Below, in pieces: positions 37,749 to 50,584 of a DNA stretch of 64,000 nucleotides (its first letter is position 1; every line of letters starts with the position of its first letter). This DNA is from Squalus acanthias (lineage: Eukaryota), in contig CM059438.1 in the NCBI GenBank assembly GCA_030390025.1, positions 53,942,001 to 54,006,000 on the forward strand, given 5' to 3'. A program made the position numbers and the translations under genes. Under the pieces are notes generated by a model, which was not told where the DNA came from, did no database searches, and saw only the letters and a program-made list of their open reading frames with translations.

Positions 37749-38924
37749 CTCTTGTAAATGGACCTTGCCCTATCATCAGAAGCGCTCTGCGTTTATTGAT
37801 GATTAGCTCTGTTTGGAGCTGTGATCTTGAGGATTTGCATTATTTGCAGAATCTGTTTACTTTGGTCGTGTGCTAAAATTCCACTCAACTGGCAGAACAT
37901 TGAACGCAGAACAGAACCTTTTACCTGGTCAACGCAGCTAAGTGATCACTCTCCACTTGGTGGAGCAATCAGCATGGAAGGATTTGTTTGCTATGCTTAC
38001 ACATTTTAATGTAACTGAAATGGGCCATGTTGTTTATTGATGATGTCTTTTCAGTGACTGCTCTTTGGGCAGATTCTGCTGTCTCGCCATGATTCAGTGT
38101 AGCTTGGACATGATTTGTGACATACTGACCATAAACCTGACCTGACAACCTGAAAAGGATCCTAATCCCAGAGTTCAGACATGAACCACAAACCCACTAC
38201 AGGCTCCTGTTTCTATCCATGTCATTTCCTTTGAAATCAGGTTTTTAGCTCCACTTGATAATCGCATTTAGATACATCCACTATCGGGGATACTCTGACC
38301 CTCACTGATACAGTGCCAGTGGATTGGGGAGAGATACTGAGTCACATCGATGTATCTCGCTCCCCAATTCACTGGCAGTGATACTGTACATCTTCTGCAA
38401 TCTGAATGAGAAACTGAAAATGTAAATTTTGAGAAGTCAGGGCCTATCTGATTAAAATTATTCATGGTCCAAATGAGAATTGTAAGGAAGTAACTAAAGT
38501 TAACTGCTGCTGTGTTCCTGCTTTATCACCTGCTGTGTCACCCTATTTGAAAAAGGACGACAGAGTTGATCCCAGAACTTAAAGGGGTTGGCGTATGAGG
38601 AAAGATTGATGACCCTGAGTCTCCTCTCTTGAATAGAAAAGACAGCGGGAGTAGTGTTTAAATTGATGACGTGCTTAATGCATTGGTTCCCAGTTAGCTT
38701 TTCTGCCGTGTGCAGAATTTAGGCACAAGGAGTAATATTAAAAAATAAATACAACAGAAGAAATTTGGAAATTCAGGAGAAACCATTTTACTAAAAGGGC
38801 GGTGAGTTAGTGGAACAGATTACCGGGCAGGAACAAGAAACATTACTGAGTTTCGAGAACGGACTGGACCATTCCTTGTCAACCAATGAGATTCAGGGTT
38901 ATTTGAAATACATCATAAAAATAC

Positions 38925-40385
38925 TGTGGATAGGGGGTAGGGGGATTGATGGGCCAATGGGAACACTGGATAGGGGGATTAGATGGGCCGAAGGGAACAC
39001 TGGATAGGGGGATTAGATGGGCCGAAGGGAACACTGTGGATAGGGGGATTAGATGGGCCAATGGGAACACTGGATAGGGGGATTAGATGGGCCGAAGGGA
39101 ACACTGGCTAGGGGGATTAGATGGGCCGAAGGGAACACTGTGGATAGGGGAATTAGATGGGCCGAAGGGAACATTGTGGATAGGGGGATTAGATGGGCCG
39201 AGGGGAACACTGGATAGGGGGATTAGATGGGCCGAAGGGAACACTGTGGATAGGGGAATTAGATGGGCCGAAGGGAACATTGTGGATAGGGGGATTAGAT
39301 GGGCCGAAGGGAACACTGGATAGGGGGATTAGATGGGCCGAAGGGAACATTGTGGATAGGGGATTAGATGGGCCGAAGGGAACACTGGATAGGGGGATTA
39401 GATGGGCCGAAGGGAACACTGTGGATAGGGGGATTAGATGGGCCGAAGGGAACACTGTGGATAGGGGAATTAGATGGGCCGAAGGGAACACTGGATAGGG
39501 GGATTAGATGGGCCAATGGGAACACTGGATAGGGGGATTAGATGGGCCGAAGGGAACACTGGATAGGGGGATTAGATGGGCCGAAGGGAACACTGGATAG
39601 GGGGATTAGATGGGCCGAAGGGAACACTGTGGATAGGGGGATTAGATGGGCCGAAGGGAACATTGTGGATAGGGGGATTAGATGGGCCGAAGGGAACACT
39701 GTGGATAGGGGGATTAGATGGGCCGAAGGGAACACTGTGGATAGGGGGATTAGATGGGCCGAAGGGAACACTGGATAGGGGGATTAGATGGGCCGAAGGG
39801 AACACTGTGGATAGGGTTAGATGGGCTGAAGGGAACACTGTGGATAGGGGATTAGATGGGCCGAAGGGAACACTGTGGATAGGGGGATTAGATGAGCCGA
39901 AGGGAACACTGTGGATAGGGGGATTAGATGGGCCGAAGGGAACACTGGATAGGGGTTTAGATGGGCCGAAGGGAACACTGTGGATAGGGTTAGATGGGCC
40001 GAAGGGAACACTGTGGATAGGGGATTAGATGGGCCGAAGGGAACACTGTGGATAGGGGGATTAGATGGGCCGAAGGGAACACTGGATAGGGGGATTAGAT
40101 GGGCCAATGGGAACATTGTGGATAGGGGAATTAGATGGGCCGAAGGGAACACTGGATAGGGGGATTAGATGGGCCGAAGGGAACACTGTGGATAGGGGGA
40201 TTAGATGGGCCGAAGGGAACACTGTGGATAGGGGGATTAGATGGGCCGAAGGGAACACTGTGGATAGGGGGATTAGATGGGCCGAAAGGAACACTGGATA
40301 GGGGGATTAGATGGGCCGAAGGGAACACTGGCTAGGGGGATTAGATGGGCCGAAGGGAACACTGGATAGGGGGATTAGGTAGGCC
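38925..40385. repeat. 34-36-bp minisatellite (GGATAGGGGGATTAGATGGGCCGAAGGGAACACT[GT]), ~40 copies
   Basis: Direct tandem repeat ending ~45 nt before exon 5. Confidence 0.96.
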
Positions 40386-40430
40386 AATGGTCTTCTGCCT
40401 ATAACTCCCACTGTGCTCTTGTTTTTACAG

Positions 40431-40517
40431 ACTTGGGAAGACCCTGCTCACACAGATGAATCGACTGAATGTGGTGGAGACAATGATCCTATTGATGTAT
40501 GTGAGATCGGAACCAAG
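40431..40517 (+). CDS. ppa1: ppa1 exon 5 ([29 protein letters not shown])
   Basis: TTACAG acceptor, GTATGG donor, DNDPID catalytic signature. Confidence 0.97.
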
Positions 40518-41302
40518 GTATGGCAGATAGATACAGGCTAATGTTCAACTAGAAACAGCCATTGGTTAAAATATCACCGCCATTTTTTCGCAGCTGTGGA
40601 GAAAATGCTTTCTTTCTAATTTGTTCTGTTCCTCCCCTTTCCCTTAAAGGTGCTGACTCACGGGCTGGGGATTGAGTTCCAACAGTGTTAATTCCCCCTG
40701 ACCAATCTTAAAGGTCATCCCGTTTGGTGTGTGTCAGGCTGTTCGACCATGGGAGCATCACAGTGGAGCTCTGTCCTGTCCTTGGCTCGTGCACACACTT
40801 TGGGGCGGAGGTGATTGGCTAGCAGTCAGACAGGAACCCTATTGGTTTATTAGTCCAGGGGCACGAATGCTGAATTTGTGCCCTGGCTGATTTAGGCTGT
40901 CTCAGCACAGACACGCACTCTTGGTCTGTAGGGTTCACTAGCTGATGGGCAGTGTATTGAGCCACCATTTCCCAAGGGGTGTGAGCAGAGGAGCACAATC
41001 CCCTTCCTATTCCTTAGTTTCTGTGGGGAGTCTGTGCAATTAAATTTGATGTCCAGCGCACTCACATTTCAACATCTGTCCCTGAAGTCAGTCAATCTTT
41101 AGGCCCAATTTTCACCCAGCCTGCCTGGGGGGAATGGGATGGGTGCTTTTTTGGGGAGAATATGTTTAAGTGTTTTGTAAAACCAGATTTTGTATCTTCC
41201 AAGAATTCCTTTTTTGAAGTTTTGTTGCCTGCAGCATGGCAGCTCATTGGAAGTAGGGAAGAATGGTTTTAATCGGATCTGTTGCCTCATTTCTGTGCTC
41301 AG

Positions 41303-41429
41303 GTGTGTTCCAGAGGAGAAGTAATCCAGGTAAAGATTCTAGGGACTCTGGCTATGATCGATGAAGGTGAAACTGACTGGAAAATTATTGCAATAAACAT
41401 TGAGGATCCTGAGGCAAATAGCTTTAATA
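41303..41429 (+). CDS. ppa1: ppa1 exon 6 ([42 protein letters not shown])
   Basis: CTCAG acceptor, GTAAGT donor, DEGETDWK motif. Confidence 0.97.
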
Positions 41430-41544
41430 GTAAGTCCACAAAAACTGCTATCTGACTAACCCATATGAAGATGCTTGGTGAAATTATAATACAACATTTT
41501 ATGCATCCCAAAGGGCCTGGGAATTGTAGCCGGGGGTCGAAAAG

Positions 41545-41746
41545 GAGCACCGCGCCCGCTGGGCGTGTCCGGAGGGGGCACCGCGCCCGCTGGGCGTGTC
41601 CGGAGGGGGCGCCGCGCCCGCTGGGCGTGTCCGGAGGGGGCGCCGCGCCCGCTGGGCGTGTCCGGAGGGGGCGCCGTGCCCGCTGGGCGTGTCCGGAGGG
41701 GGTGTCGCGCCCGCTGGGCGTGTCTGGAGGGAGCGCCGCGCCCGCT
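41545..41746. repeat. 31-bp CpG-rich repeat (GCGCCCGCTGGGCGTGTCCGGAGGGGGCGCC), ~6 copies
   Basis: Direct tandem repeat. Confidence 0.93.
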
Positions 41747-42336
41747 GATTTTTCCTCTCTAACCTAGATATAGTGTTGCATTTTTGGGTTTTCTTTTTTT
41801 TCCACTCCCAATATTTTTGGTTCTGTTTCCCAGGACAGCTGTTGTGAGGGCGGGGGAGCTGGTGCGGGGCGGGGAGGCCCGGTGTTGGGGGGTCCCAGTG
41901 TATGTCCAGTATGTATATTAAAAACATAAAATTCTCGATCAGTTAAACTTTCTGGCTAATTCCAGTGCCGATTTCTGCAGGCCTGGACCTGTTGTCAGTA
42001 AGTTTGGAAAGATTGCTTTTGGTTTTGGTGTCCAGGTTACTTGTGTAGATCACACACAGTACGACACTGCTCAACCCCTCCTTCAGTTTAATATTGCACC
42101 TCTCACCACCTGATGTTTTTAACATTCCTCCCTCAAAGAAAACCAACAGAAGACAGATTAACTGGTCATTTCATTCCCTGCTGCCTGCGCGGCTCTGCTG
42201 CCTGCGCGGCCTTGCTGTGTGCGAGACTGATTGCAATCATTTATGAAAAGTGAGTGTTCTGGGATATCCCAAGGACGTGATTCTGCCTAGAAATGTAAGG
42301 TCTTTTTCACCTAGAAATTACGGTGTGGAATATTAT

Positions 42337-42558
42337 ATAATATAAAATAAAAAACAGAAAATGAAGGAAATACTCAGCAGGTCAGGCAGCATCTGTGGTG
42401 AGAGAAACAGAGTTAACGTTTCAGGTCGATGACCTTTCGTCAGAACCGAAACGTTAACTCTGTTTCTCTCTCCACAGATGACCTGACCTGCTGAGTATTT
42501 CCAGCGTTTTCTGTTTTATTACAGATTTCCAGCATCCGCAGTATTTTGCTTGGTATTA
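42337..42558. mobile_element. Short Penelope-like inverted pseudo-LTR insert
   Basis: Fold-back arms meet at ~42446. 14-bp TSD GTGTG[G/C]AATATTAT (42323-42336 and 42559-42572). Confidence 0.78.
42412..42446 (-). ncRNA. Minimal hammerhead ribozyme motif (Penelope-type, second family)
   Basis: Minus-strand GTT-CTGACGA-A-AGGTC-ATC-GACCT-GAAA-CGTT-AAC. Confidence 0.7.
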
Positions 42559-42605
42559 GTGTGCAATATTATGCTTCATGTTGGTATGATGTTACTTGTA
42601 CATAT

Positions 42606-43872
42606 TACATAGAACATACAGCACAGAAACAGGCCATCGGGCCCCACTAGTCTGTTCTGGTGTTTATATTCCACACGAGTCTCCTCCCATTCCATCTGCC
42701 TCAGCACAGCCGTTCAGCCTATCTTTCTATTCCCTTTTCTCTCATGTACTCGTCTAGTTTCCTTTTGAAAGCATCCAAGCTGTTTGCCTCAATCATTTCT
42801 TGTGGTAGCGAGTTCCACATTCTAACCACTCTGAGTAAAGACATTTCTCCTTATTTCCCTATTGGATTTATTAGTAACTACAGGAAACTCTTTATTAACC
42901 GGCACCGGCGTGGTGCCGGTTAATCAAAAAGTCCGGATAACGGAGAGTTATATCTCCCAACGTACGAGAGCCCCGTACACACTGACATGCGCCTGCATTC
43001 GGAGCTCCGTCTCCCCGGGGACCGCCAGCTGACCATCTGTCGTGTCCGCTGCCTACCCGGGCTGCACATTCCCCTCCCAATCTACACGCTCCGATACAAG
43101 GCAAACGCCTCGGGGTTTTTTTTTAAGTTATTTTTAAAGGAGAGATGAAGGAAAACCCCGGTTACCTACTCAAGAATTTTGCCGGTTGAGAGATTTCCGG
43201 TTATTTGGGTGCCGGTTAAAAGAGAGTTTCCTGTATCTTGTATTTATTGCCCCTAGTTTTGGATTCTCCCACAAGTGGAAACATTCTCTCCAGATCTACC
43301 CTGTCCCATCTATTTATAATTTTAAAGACCTCTATCAGGTCACCTCTAAGTCTTCTCTTTTCTTAAAAAAAAAAGCCCCAACCTGTTCAATCTTTCCTGA
43401 TAACTGTAATCTCTCAATCTGGTACCATCCCTGTAAATCTTTTTTGCACTTTCTCCAGTGCTTCTGTCCTTTGCACAGTTCTGGTCTCCATACTATAAAA
43501 AGTGCGGCCTGACCAGAGTCCTATAGAAGTTTAACATAACTTCACTACTTTTGAATTCTATACCCCTAGAAATAAATCCCAGTGCATTGTTAGCATTTTT
43601 AATTGCTTTGCTGACCTGTGCTGCTGGTATTAATGATTTGTTTACCTGTATCTCTAGATCGCTTTGCTCTTTTACCCCATTCAGTTTCTTATTTTCTAAG
43701 GTGTAGGTGATGTTTCTCGTTTTCCTACCAAAGTGCATCACCTCATATTTATCTAGATTAAAGTTCATTTGCCATTTAACTGCCCAGTCTGCAAGTTTTC
43801 TAATATCTTTTTGTATTATGTTGCATTCTTCCTCAATGTTAGCTGTACCCTGCCAGTTTGGTATCATCTGAA
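42606..43872 (-). mobile_element. CR1 3' portion, interrupted by a MITE
   Basis: Minus-strand WAVKWQMNFN...LNFYRTLVRPH, with the CR1 tail at ~42606. Confidence 0.85.
42881..43233. mobile_element. Tc1/mariner-pogo-type MITE (353 bp)
   Basis: 26-bp TIRs CAGGAAACTCTTTATTAACCGGCACC and GGTGCCGGTTAAAAGAGAGTTTCCTG (24/26), with TA on both flanks. Confidence 0.85.
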
Positions 43873-44284
43873 TTTTGATCTGAGCAGTGACAGGAAAAAA
43901 TCCTCTGGCCCATCCAGCCTGTCTCCCCATCCCACCCGAAAAAACAGATTTAAAAACCTGGCCCATTTGGGGAGCAAGAATCTGGGAAATTCCTCTCCAA
44001 CCCCCTTAGGTGATTGAAACTAGTCCAGGAGATCACTCTGGCCCTGATTAATGTCCTGCAGCACCTACCCCTTGTTCAAGGTGATCTCCGCCCCAGCCAG
44101 AAACCAGTCCAGCTCTCACTTGAAGGAGTTCAGCGAATCAGTATTCACTACACGAGTCAGCAGCCCGTTCCACAGTTCCACTGTTCTCTGGGAAAAGAAC
44201 GGGAATATTGTGGCCCTCCTCTGCACCCTTTCCAAAGCCTCAATCACCCACCATGTGAGGAGACCAAAACTGGACACAGTATTA

Positions 44285-45035
44285 TTACTTGGAGGGTGCG
44301 AGTCTAGGTCGAGTAGAGAAGCAAAGGGATCTCGGAGTACAAATACACAAATCACTAAAAGTTGTGACACAGCAAGGGCATTAAAAAAAAAAAGCAAACC
44401 AAGCACTAGGGTTTATTTCTAGAGGTATAGAATTGAAAAGTAGGGAAGTTATGCTAAACCTGTATCGAACCTTGGTTAGACCACACTTGGAGTACTGCGT
44501 GCAGTTCTGGTCGCCATATTATAAAAAGGCTATAGAGACACTGGAGAGGGTGCAGAGAAGATTTGCAAGGATGATACCAGAAATGTGAGGGTATACATAT
44601 CAGGAAAGGATGAACAAGCTGGGTCTCTTTACTCTTTAAAAAAAAAAGAAGGCTGAGGGGTGACCTAATAGAGGTCTTTAAAGTTATGAAAGGTTTTGAT
44701 AGAGTGGATACAGAGAGAATGTTTCCACTTGTGGGGAAGAGCATAACTGGAGGCCATCAATATAAGATAGTCACCAAGAAATCCAATTGGGAATTCAGAA
44801 GAAACTTCTTTACCCAAAGAGTGGTGAGAATGTGGAACTCGCTACCACAGGGAGTGGTTGAAGCGGATAGTCTAGATGCATTTAAGGAGAGGCTGGACAA
44901 GCATATGAGGGAGAAGGGAATAGAGGGTTATGTTGATAGATTTAGAAGAGGAAAGACAGAAGGAGGCTCGAGTGGAGCATAAACGCCGGCTGGTTGGGCC
45001 GCATGGCCTGTTTCTGTGTTGTATATCCTATGTAG
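44285..45035 (+). mobile_element. CR1 3' portion
   Basis: ERMFPLVGKS...NFFTQRVVRMWNSLP. Close relative of 51160-51880. Confidence 0.88.
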
Positions 45036-45591
45036 TATTCCAAGTGAGGCGTGACCCAGGTATTGTACTAGGACAAAATGGTATGCTTTGCCTTGTAGTC
45101 GATTGTCCTATAAATGCACCCTATTCGCTCTCACTATCGCTTCACAACGTTTCCCATGAACCTTTAGAGATTGAGGGACTAGCACGCCCAGATACCTTTT
45201 TTTCTCCACTAGCTATAGTTCTTTTTCCTGAAGGGTATATTAATGTTCAGCATTCATCCTGCCCACATGCATAACACTGCACTTTCCTAAGTTAAACATC
45301 ATTTGTCAGTCACTAGCCCAATCCCAGCACGTCTAGATCTGCCTGTATTGGCCAAGCATCCTCTACAGTCCTGACTCCTGCACATATCTTGGTATCATCT
45401 GCAAACTTGCAGATCATTCCCCCAACACCTACATCTAGATCATTAATAAAAATAGTAAAGAGCAACGTCTCTTTACAGGATATGTTACGCCATTTATTTG
45501 AATGTTAGACACTTGACGTATTTTGATGGTGATGGTGATCATACGAAGCCTAAAAATCCACCCAAGGTTTTTGATTTTTCTCCTCCACTAG

Positions 45592-45719
45592 ATATTGATG
45601 ATGTGAGACGGCTGAAGCCGGGGTATCTGGAGGCCTCGGTTGACTGGTTCAAACGATACAAGGTGCCCGATGGAAAACCTGAAAACAAGTTTGCATTCAA
45701 CAGTGAATTCAAGGATAAG
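45592..45719 (+). CDS. ppa1: ppa1 exon 7 ([43 protein letters not shown])
   Basis: CACTAG acceptor, GTATGG donor, conserved motif. Confidence 0.97.
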
Positions 45720-46129
45720 GTATGGTGACATGTAGCATTCGGCCTTTAAAAGCTCATTTTCACCAAGTCCTGAATAAGTGCAGTGTTTCCGACAGGGCTT
45801 CAACACTGACGTTGCAAATTATTCTCATGACAACTTGCATTCGTGCAGTGCCTTCAACATAACAAAATGAGGGAAGGCACAGACCCAGCATTAGAGCATT
45901 TAGGACCATGGGGGGCGGGGGACGAGGATTTGGGGGCGGGGGACGAGGATTTGGGACCGGGGGGGCGGGGGGCAAGGATTTGGGACCGGGGGAGGGGGCG
46001 AGGATTTGGGACCGAGGGGGGGTGTTGACGGCTTAGGATCGATGGGGGGAGAATGGCTCTGTCTTTGGAAATGACTGCTTGATCTCCAATCTTTGAAGCC
46101 GAGCCGTCCTGCAGGTTCCCCTGTGCCAT

Positions 46130-48020
46130 AGTCTTGAACCCCTGTCGCTCTCTAGTTTCTTTCTAATCTCCCCTCATACACTTTCTAAGCTCATCGTCCA
46201 TCCGATGCACCTCCTGCTCCCTGGACACCATTTCCACTAAACTGCTGACAACCCAACTCCCCTCCCTGGCCCTCCTGCAGCTGACGTTGTAAATGGTTTG
46301 CTCTCATCAGATACTGTTCCTCTCGCTTTCAAAACGCTGTCATCACCCCCTCCTCATAATACCGACCTGAGATACCTCAGGTCCTTGCAAACTGTCACCC
46401 CATCTCCAACCTCCCTTTCCTGTCAGTCCTTCAACGTGTTGTCGCCTCACAAATCCGTGTCCATCTTCCTGCAACTCCATGTTGAACCTCTCCAATCTAC
46501 TTACGCCCCGCCACAGTACTGACTTACCGTGGTGATCCGGTTGACCACACCATCCTCCTCCAACGCCTCTCCTCCGTTCTCCATCTAGGTAACAGTGCCC
46601 TCGCCTGGTTCCACTCTTACATACCAGTCATAGTCAGAGAATCTCCAACAACGGTCTCCCTTCCGGCCGTAAAGTGTTGCCTCCGGAGTCTCCAAGGATC
46701 TATCCTTAGCACTCTCCTCTTCATCTACTTGCTGGTCCGACATCCAGTCCTGGATGAGCTACAATTTCCTCCAGTTATACATTGGGAAGCCATTGGTTTT
46801 GGTCCCTGCCACAAACTCTGTTCCCGAGCCACTGACTCCATCCCTCTCCCTGGCAACTGTCTCAGGCGGAACCAGACCGTTTGCAACCTCTGCATCCTAT
46901 TTGACCCTGAGCTGAGATTCTTACCACATCTCCCAAAGACCGACTAGTTCCACCTCCTTAACATCGCCTGTTGCCGCCCCTGCCTCAGCTCATCTGCTGC
47001 TGAAACCCTCATTAATGCCTTTTTTTCAACCTCCAGACTCGACTATTCCAATGCTCTCCTGACCGGCCTCGCATCTTTTACCCTCCTTAAACTTCAGCTC
47101 GTCCAAAACTCTGCTGCCTGAATCATGTTGTACTCGCCCATCACCACTGACCTAAATCTCTACGTGGCCTTGCCCCTCCCAATCTCTGTAAGCACCTCCA
47201 GTCTTACAACACTCCACCTGAACTGTTGTAGGCTCTAAACTAGCGCAATCCATGTACACCTCCTTCTGCCTTTAGCACCTCATGATCTGGAATTACCTCG
47301 CTTAAACATCTCCACCTCCCTGTCGAAGTTTCGACTCCCGAGTAAGACTCTTGAAACATAAAGTATCGTCATAAGACGGCTTTATTTATTTAATTACTGC
47401 AGCCTAGGTGAGGGATGAGAGCATGTTAGTCCAAGGCAACGATGGCCACTCCAAAGGAATTACAGAAAATGTCAGCATCTTTATACACTGAAAATACAAG
47501 CTTTCTATAATCACATGAATGGTATAAATCACAAGTTGATTTAAAAAAGGCATAAGCGTCTGCAAAAACAAGTTAAAAAGGAGTATGTGTATGTTTAAGG
47601 ATGATTTTCTAAAAGGTCAGAAAGGTTAAAGGAGCAGGAATACCTTGAGATAAGGCTAGCTAATCTCTTCTCACGGAGGCTGCTTGTTCTCCTCCCACCA
47701 GGCCATCTGGAATCAAAGGCTGGTGATGATTTACTGTGTCCTTAGCTATCTTAAGCTCATTAGAGAGAGACTCTTTGTTCTACAAATCTAAGCTATTTAT
47801 TGGGGGCAATTAAACAGTCTACAAACTGAAATTCCTTCATTAGGTCGAAACTATAAACAACGGCTAATCTTTCTAACAGTCACAGTGTAGGCCATTTTGG
47901 ATCTTATATTCTGTGTCTAGGAAGCCATTTTGTGTCCTAGTAAGAAAATACACTTCCACATCCCTCCTTCTTTGAGACCCTTCTTAAAACCCACCTGTTG
48001 AACCAAGCTTTTGGTAGCCT
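46130..48020 (+). mobile_element. Degenerate L2 LINE, interrupted by a solo LTR
   Basis: Homologous to the other L2 copies (DTIST, FDPELRF segments). Resumes at 47961. Confidence 0.78.
47321..47960 (-). mobile_element. Solo LTR (640 bp)
   Basis: Termini TGTCGAAG...CTTCCACA, 4-bp TSD TCCC, and minus-strand TATAAAG (47479-47485) upstream of AATAAA (47381-47386). Confidence 0.75.
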
Positions 48021-48728
48021 TTCCCCTCACTCCCTCTCTCTCCCCATCTCCCCTCCTTCTCCACCCCCTTCCTATCCACCCACTCCCTCCCTCTGCAAAC
48101 CCCCCTCCCCCTCTATTCTCTGTATCTCTCATTCACCATCCTCCGGCAATCTCCGGGATTTTTGAGCCTGGGTTTGGCATCTGCTGATCATCAGTACATG
48201 GTTGACCTTGTCTTTCCTCTCTTTCAGCCGTGGTAATGTCCTGCCTGATTGCTTAGCCCTTCACTTGTGTATAGAGAATAAGCAAAGACTTCAGCTTTGA
48301 CTGCTGGTGACAGCCCTTCATTAAAGCTCATTGTGGCTGAGGAGAGGGAGGATTCTGCTGCATGTTGCCCATCTTCATTCCCACTTGGTGCTAGAAAAAG
48401 CTCTTACCAGCTGCTCGTCTGGCTTGAAGCTTGATAATCTTGTGCTTGATTTTGAGCTAATTTGTGCTTCTGAAGGTTAATGCCCTGCTCTCTTCTGTTA
48501 CTTTAATATTTTACTGCCCTGGCTCAGATTCCCTGGCCTTTGGAGATGGGTGCAGTTCTCTTGTGCTCCAATGTTAACTCCACAGGCTCTGTCTGCTAGT
48601 GGAGAATATTTTTCTTGCCCTTTTTCTGTACTTCATCTTCCTGGAGGATGTTCTTTTATTAACCTTTGACTTGACTTACTTTTTAAGCAGGTTTGTTGAA
48701 GTGTAATAACGGGATTCACTGCTTTCAG

Positions 48729-48814
48729 GACTTTGCCATTCGTATCATCAAAAGCACGCACGCTTTTTGGAAAGCTCTGGTAACAAAGAAACCCTCGACG
48801 GGAGAATTAAACTG
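48729..48814 (+). CDS. ppa1: ppa1 exon 8 (DFAIRIIKSTHAFWKALVTKKPSTGELN)
   Basis: TTTCAG acceptor, GTAGGT donor. Confidence 0.95.
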
Positions 48815-49069
48815 GTAGGTATGAGAATGGCAGGACGGTCGGTTTATGAGGAGAACATGAAGTTTGACATAAAAATAGTTTCATTTACTTGGCTTGTCTT
48901 GAATCGTCTCAAAGCAACTTGACAGTGAATTGCTGTTTGGAATGTAATGTTATGTCGGCAAATGTAGAAGAGGTTGTGCACCAGCAATGGGAGGAATGTT
49001 TCTTTAATATGGTACTAGCAGATGTCCACTGATGATCGTGGTGGATGTTGGTGAGGGAGGGGGTGGTGT

Positions 49070-49592
49070 GGAACTGTAGGAGTATCTTTGGGGGTGAGGG
49101 GAGGGGGGGGGGGGGGAAGAGAGACTGTAGGAATATCTGAGGGGGGGAGTGGGACTGTAGGAGTATCTGAGGGGGGGGACTGTAGGAGTATCTGAGGGGG
49201 GACTGTAGGAGTATCTGAGGGGGGGACTGTAGGAGTATCTGAGGGGGGACTGTCGGAGTATCTGAGGGGGGGGACTGTCGGAGTATCTGAGGGGGGGGAC
49301 TGTCGGAGTATCTGAGGGGGGGGACTGTAGGAGTATCTGAGGGGGGGGACTGTAGGAGTATCTGAGGGGGGGACTGTAGGAGTATCTGAGGGGGGACTGT
49401 AGGAGTATCTGAGGGGGGGGACTGTAGGAGTATCTGAGGGGGGGGACTGTAGGAGTATCTGAGGGGGGACTGTAGGAGTATCTGAGGGGGGGACTGTAGG
49501 AGTATCTGAGGGGGGGGACTGTAGGAGTATCTGAGGGGGGGCACTGTAGGAGTATCTGAGGGGGGGGGGGGGGAGTGTAGGAGTATCTGAAG
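49070..49592. repeat. ~24-26-bp minisatellite (GACTGTAGGAGTATCTGA(G)n)
   Basis: Direct tandem repeat with variable G run. Confidence 0.94.
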
Positions 49593-50584
49593 GGGGGGGT
49601 GGGGGGGGGGGGGGGAAGAGTGTAGGTGGGCGGTGGAGAACGAGGATTTTAAAGGGGAGGCAACAGGGGTGGAACAAGGTGAGATGTTCAAAGGAGGAGA
49701 CGATGCCAGAACAGTAAAGTGACAGACCAGGGTGTGATTTGGTGATAATATGCACACCGCCACCGTGGTGGTTTGGGCGGGGCCAGCGGTGGAAGGTATA
49801 GCCAGAGGGGAGGTGTCATCACCTTCAGTCACGTTTCCGTCAAGGCCATGATGTCGATGCAATCATCCACAATAAACTCATGGATGGCTAGGGCTTGTTC
49901 ACAAGTGAACGGACATTCTGGAGTGAGATGTGGAGAGCTGATCCACTGGCAGAATCCACAGAGTCAGCACTGGGAGGGGCGAGTTGGACAGGGTGGGGAT
50001 TGGCAAGATTATCCCCCAGCTGGGCAGGAAGGTCAGCGAGAGAGTAGGATTGGACAGTTGGGGTTGCTGCTTGTAAGGAGGCAGCCACGAGTGCCTCAAT
50101 GGGCCCTTCGGAGGATGCCAAGAGAGGCACAGAGGGAAGCTGTAGGCTTATCTAAGAGGGAATCAAGCCTGGGTAGGCGGCAGGAGAGTAGGAAGGTCAA
50201 GGAGTGCTGAAGGGTTGGGATAGGGATTTGGGGGGCAAAGTACACGAGAGGGGCCTAGGAGGGGTAAAGGGAAAAGAAGAAAAAAGAGAAATAGAAGTGA
50301 TGGGCTCAGGTCTGGAGCGGCAGCCAGAACACGCAGGCGAATGGACAAAGGGAAACTTGAGTTACACAGGCGTAGTTACCTGCCCTAATTTATCCTTATG
50401 TGGCTCTGTGTCGAATTTTTTGTCTTAAAATACTCCTGTGCAGCGCCTTGGGACGTTTTACTACATTAAAGGTGCTATATAAATACTTGTTGTTACATCG
50501 CAAGATTAGGATAGTAATGTCCTGGTATGGGGAATAGGGAGGAGACAATAGGAGGGAGTCCAAAGTTAAAGTCTAGAAACCAAA

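Noticed and set aside
48909..49862. 317-aa extensin-like ORF
   Set aside because: It is a minisatellite translation fused to a LINE remnant.
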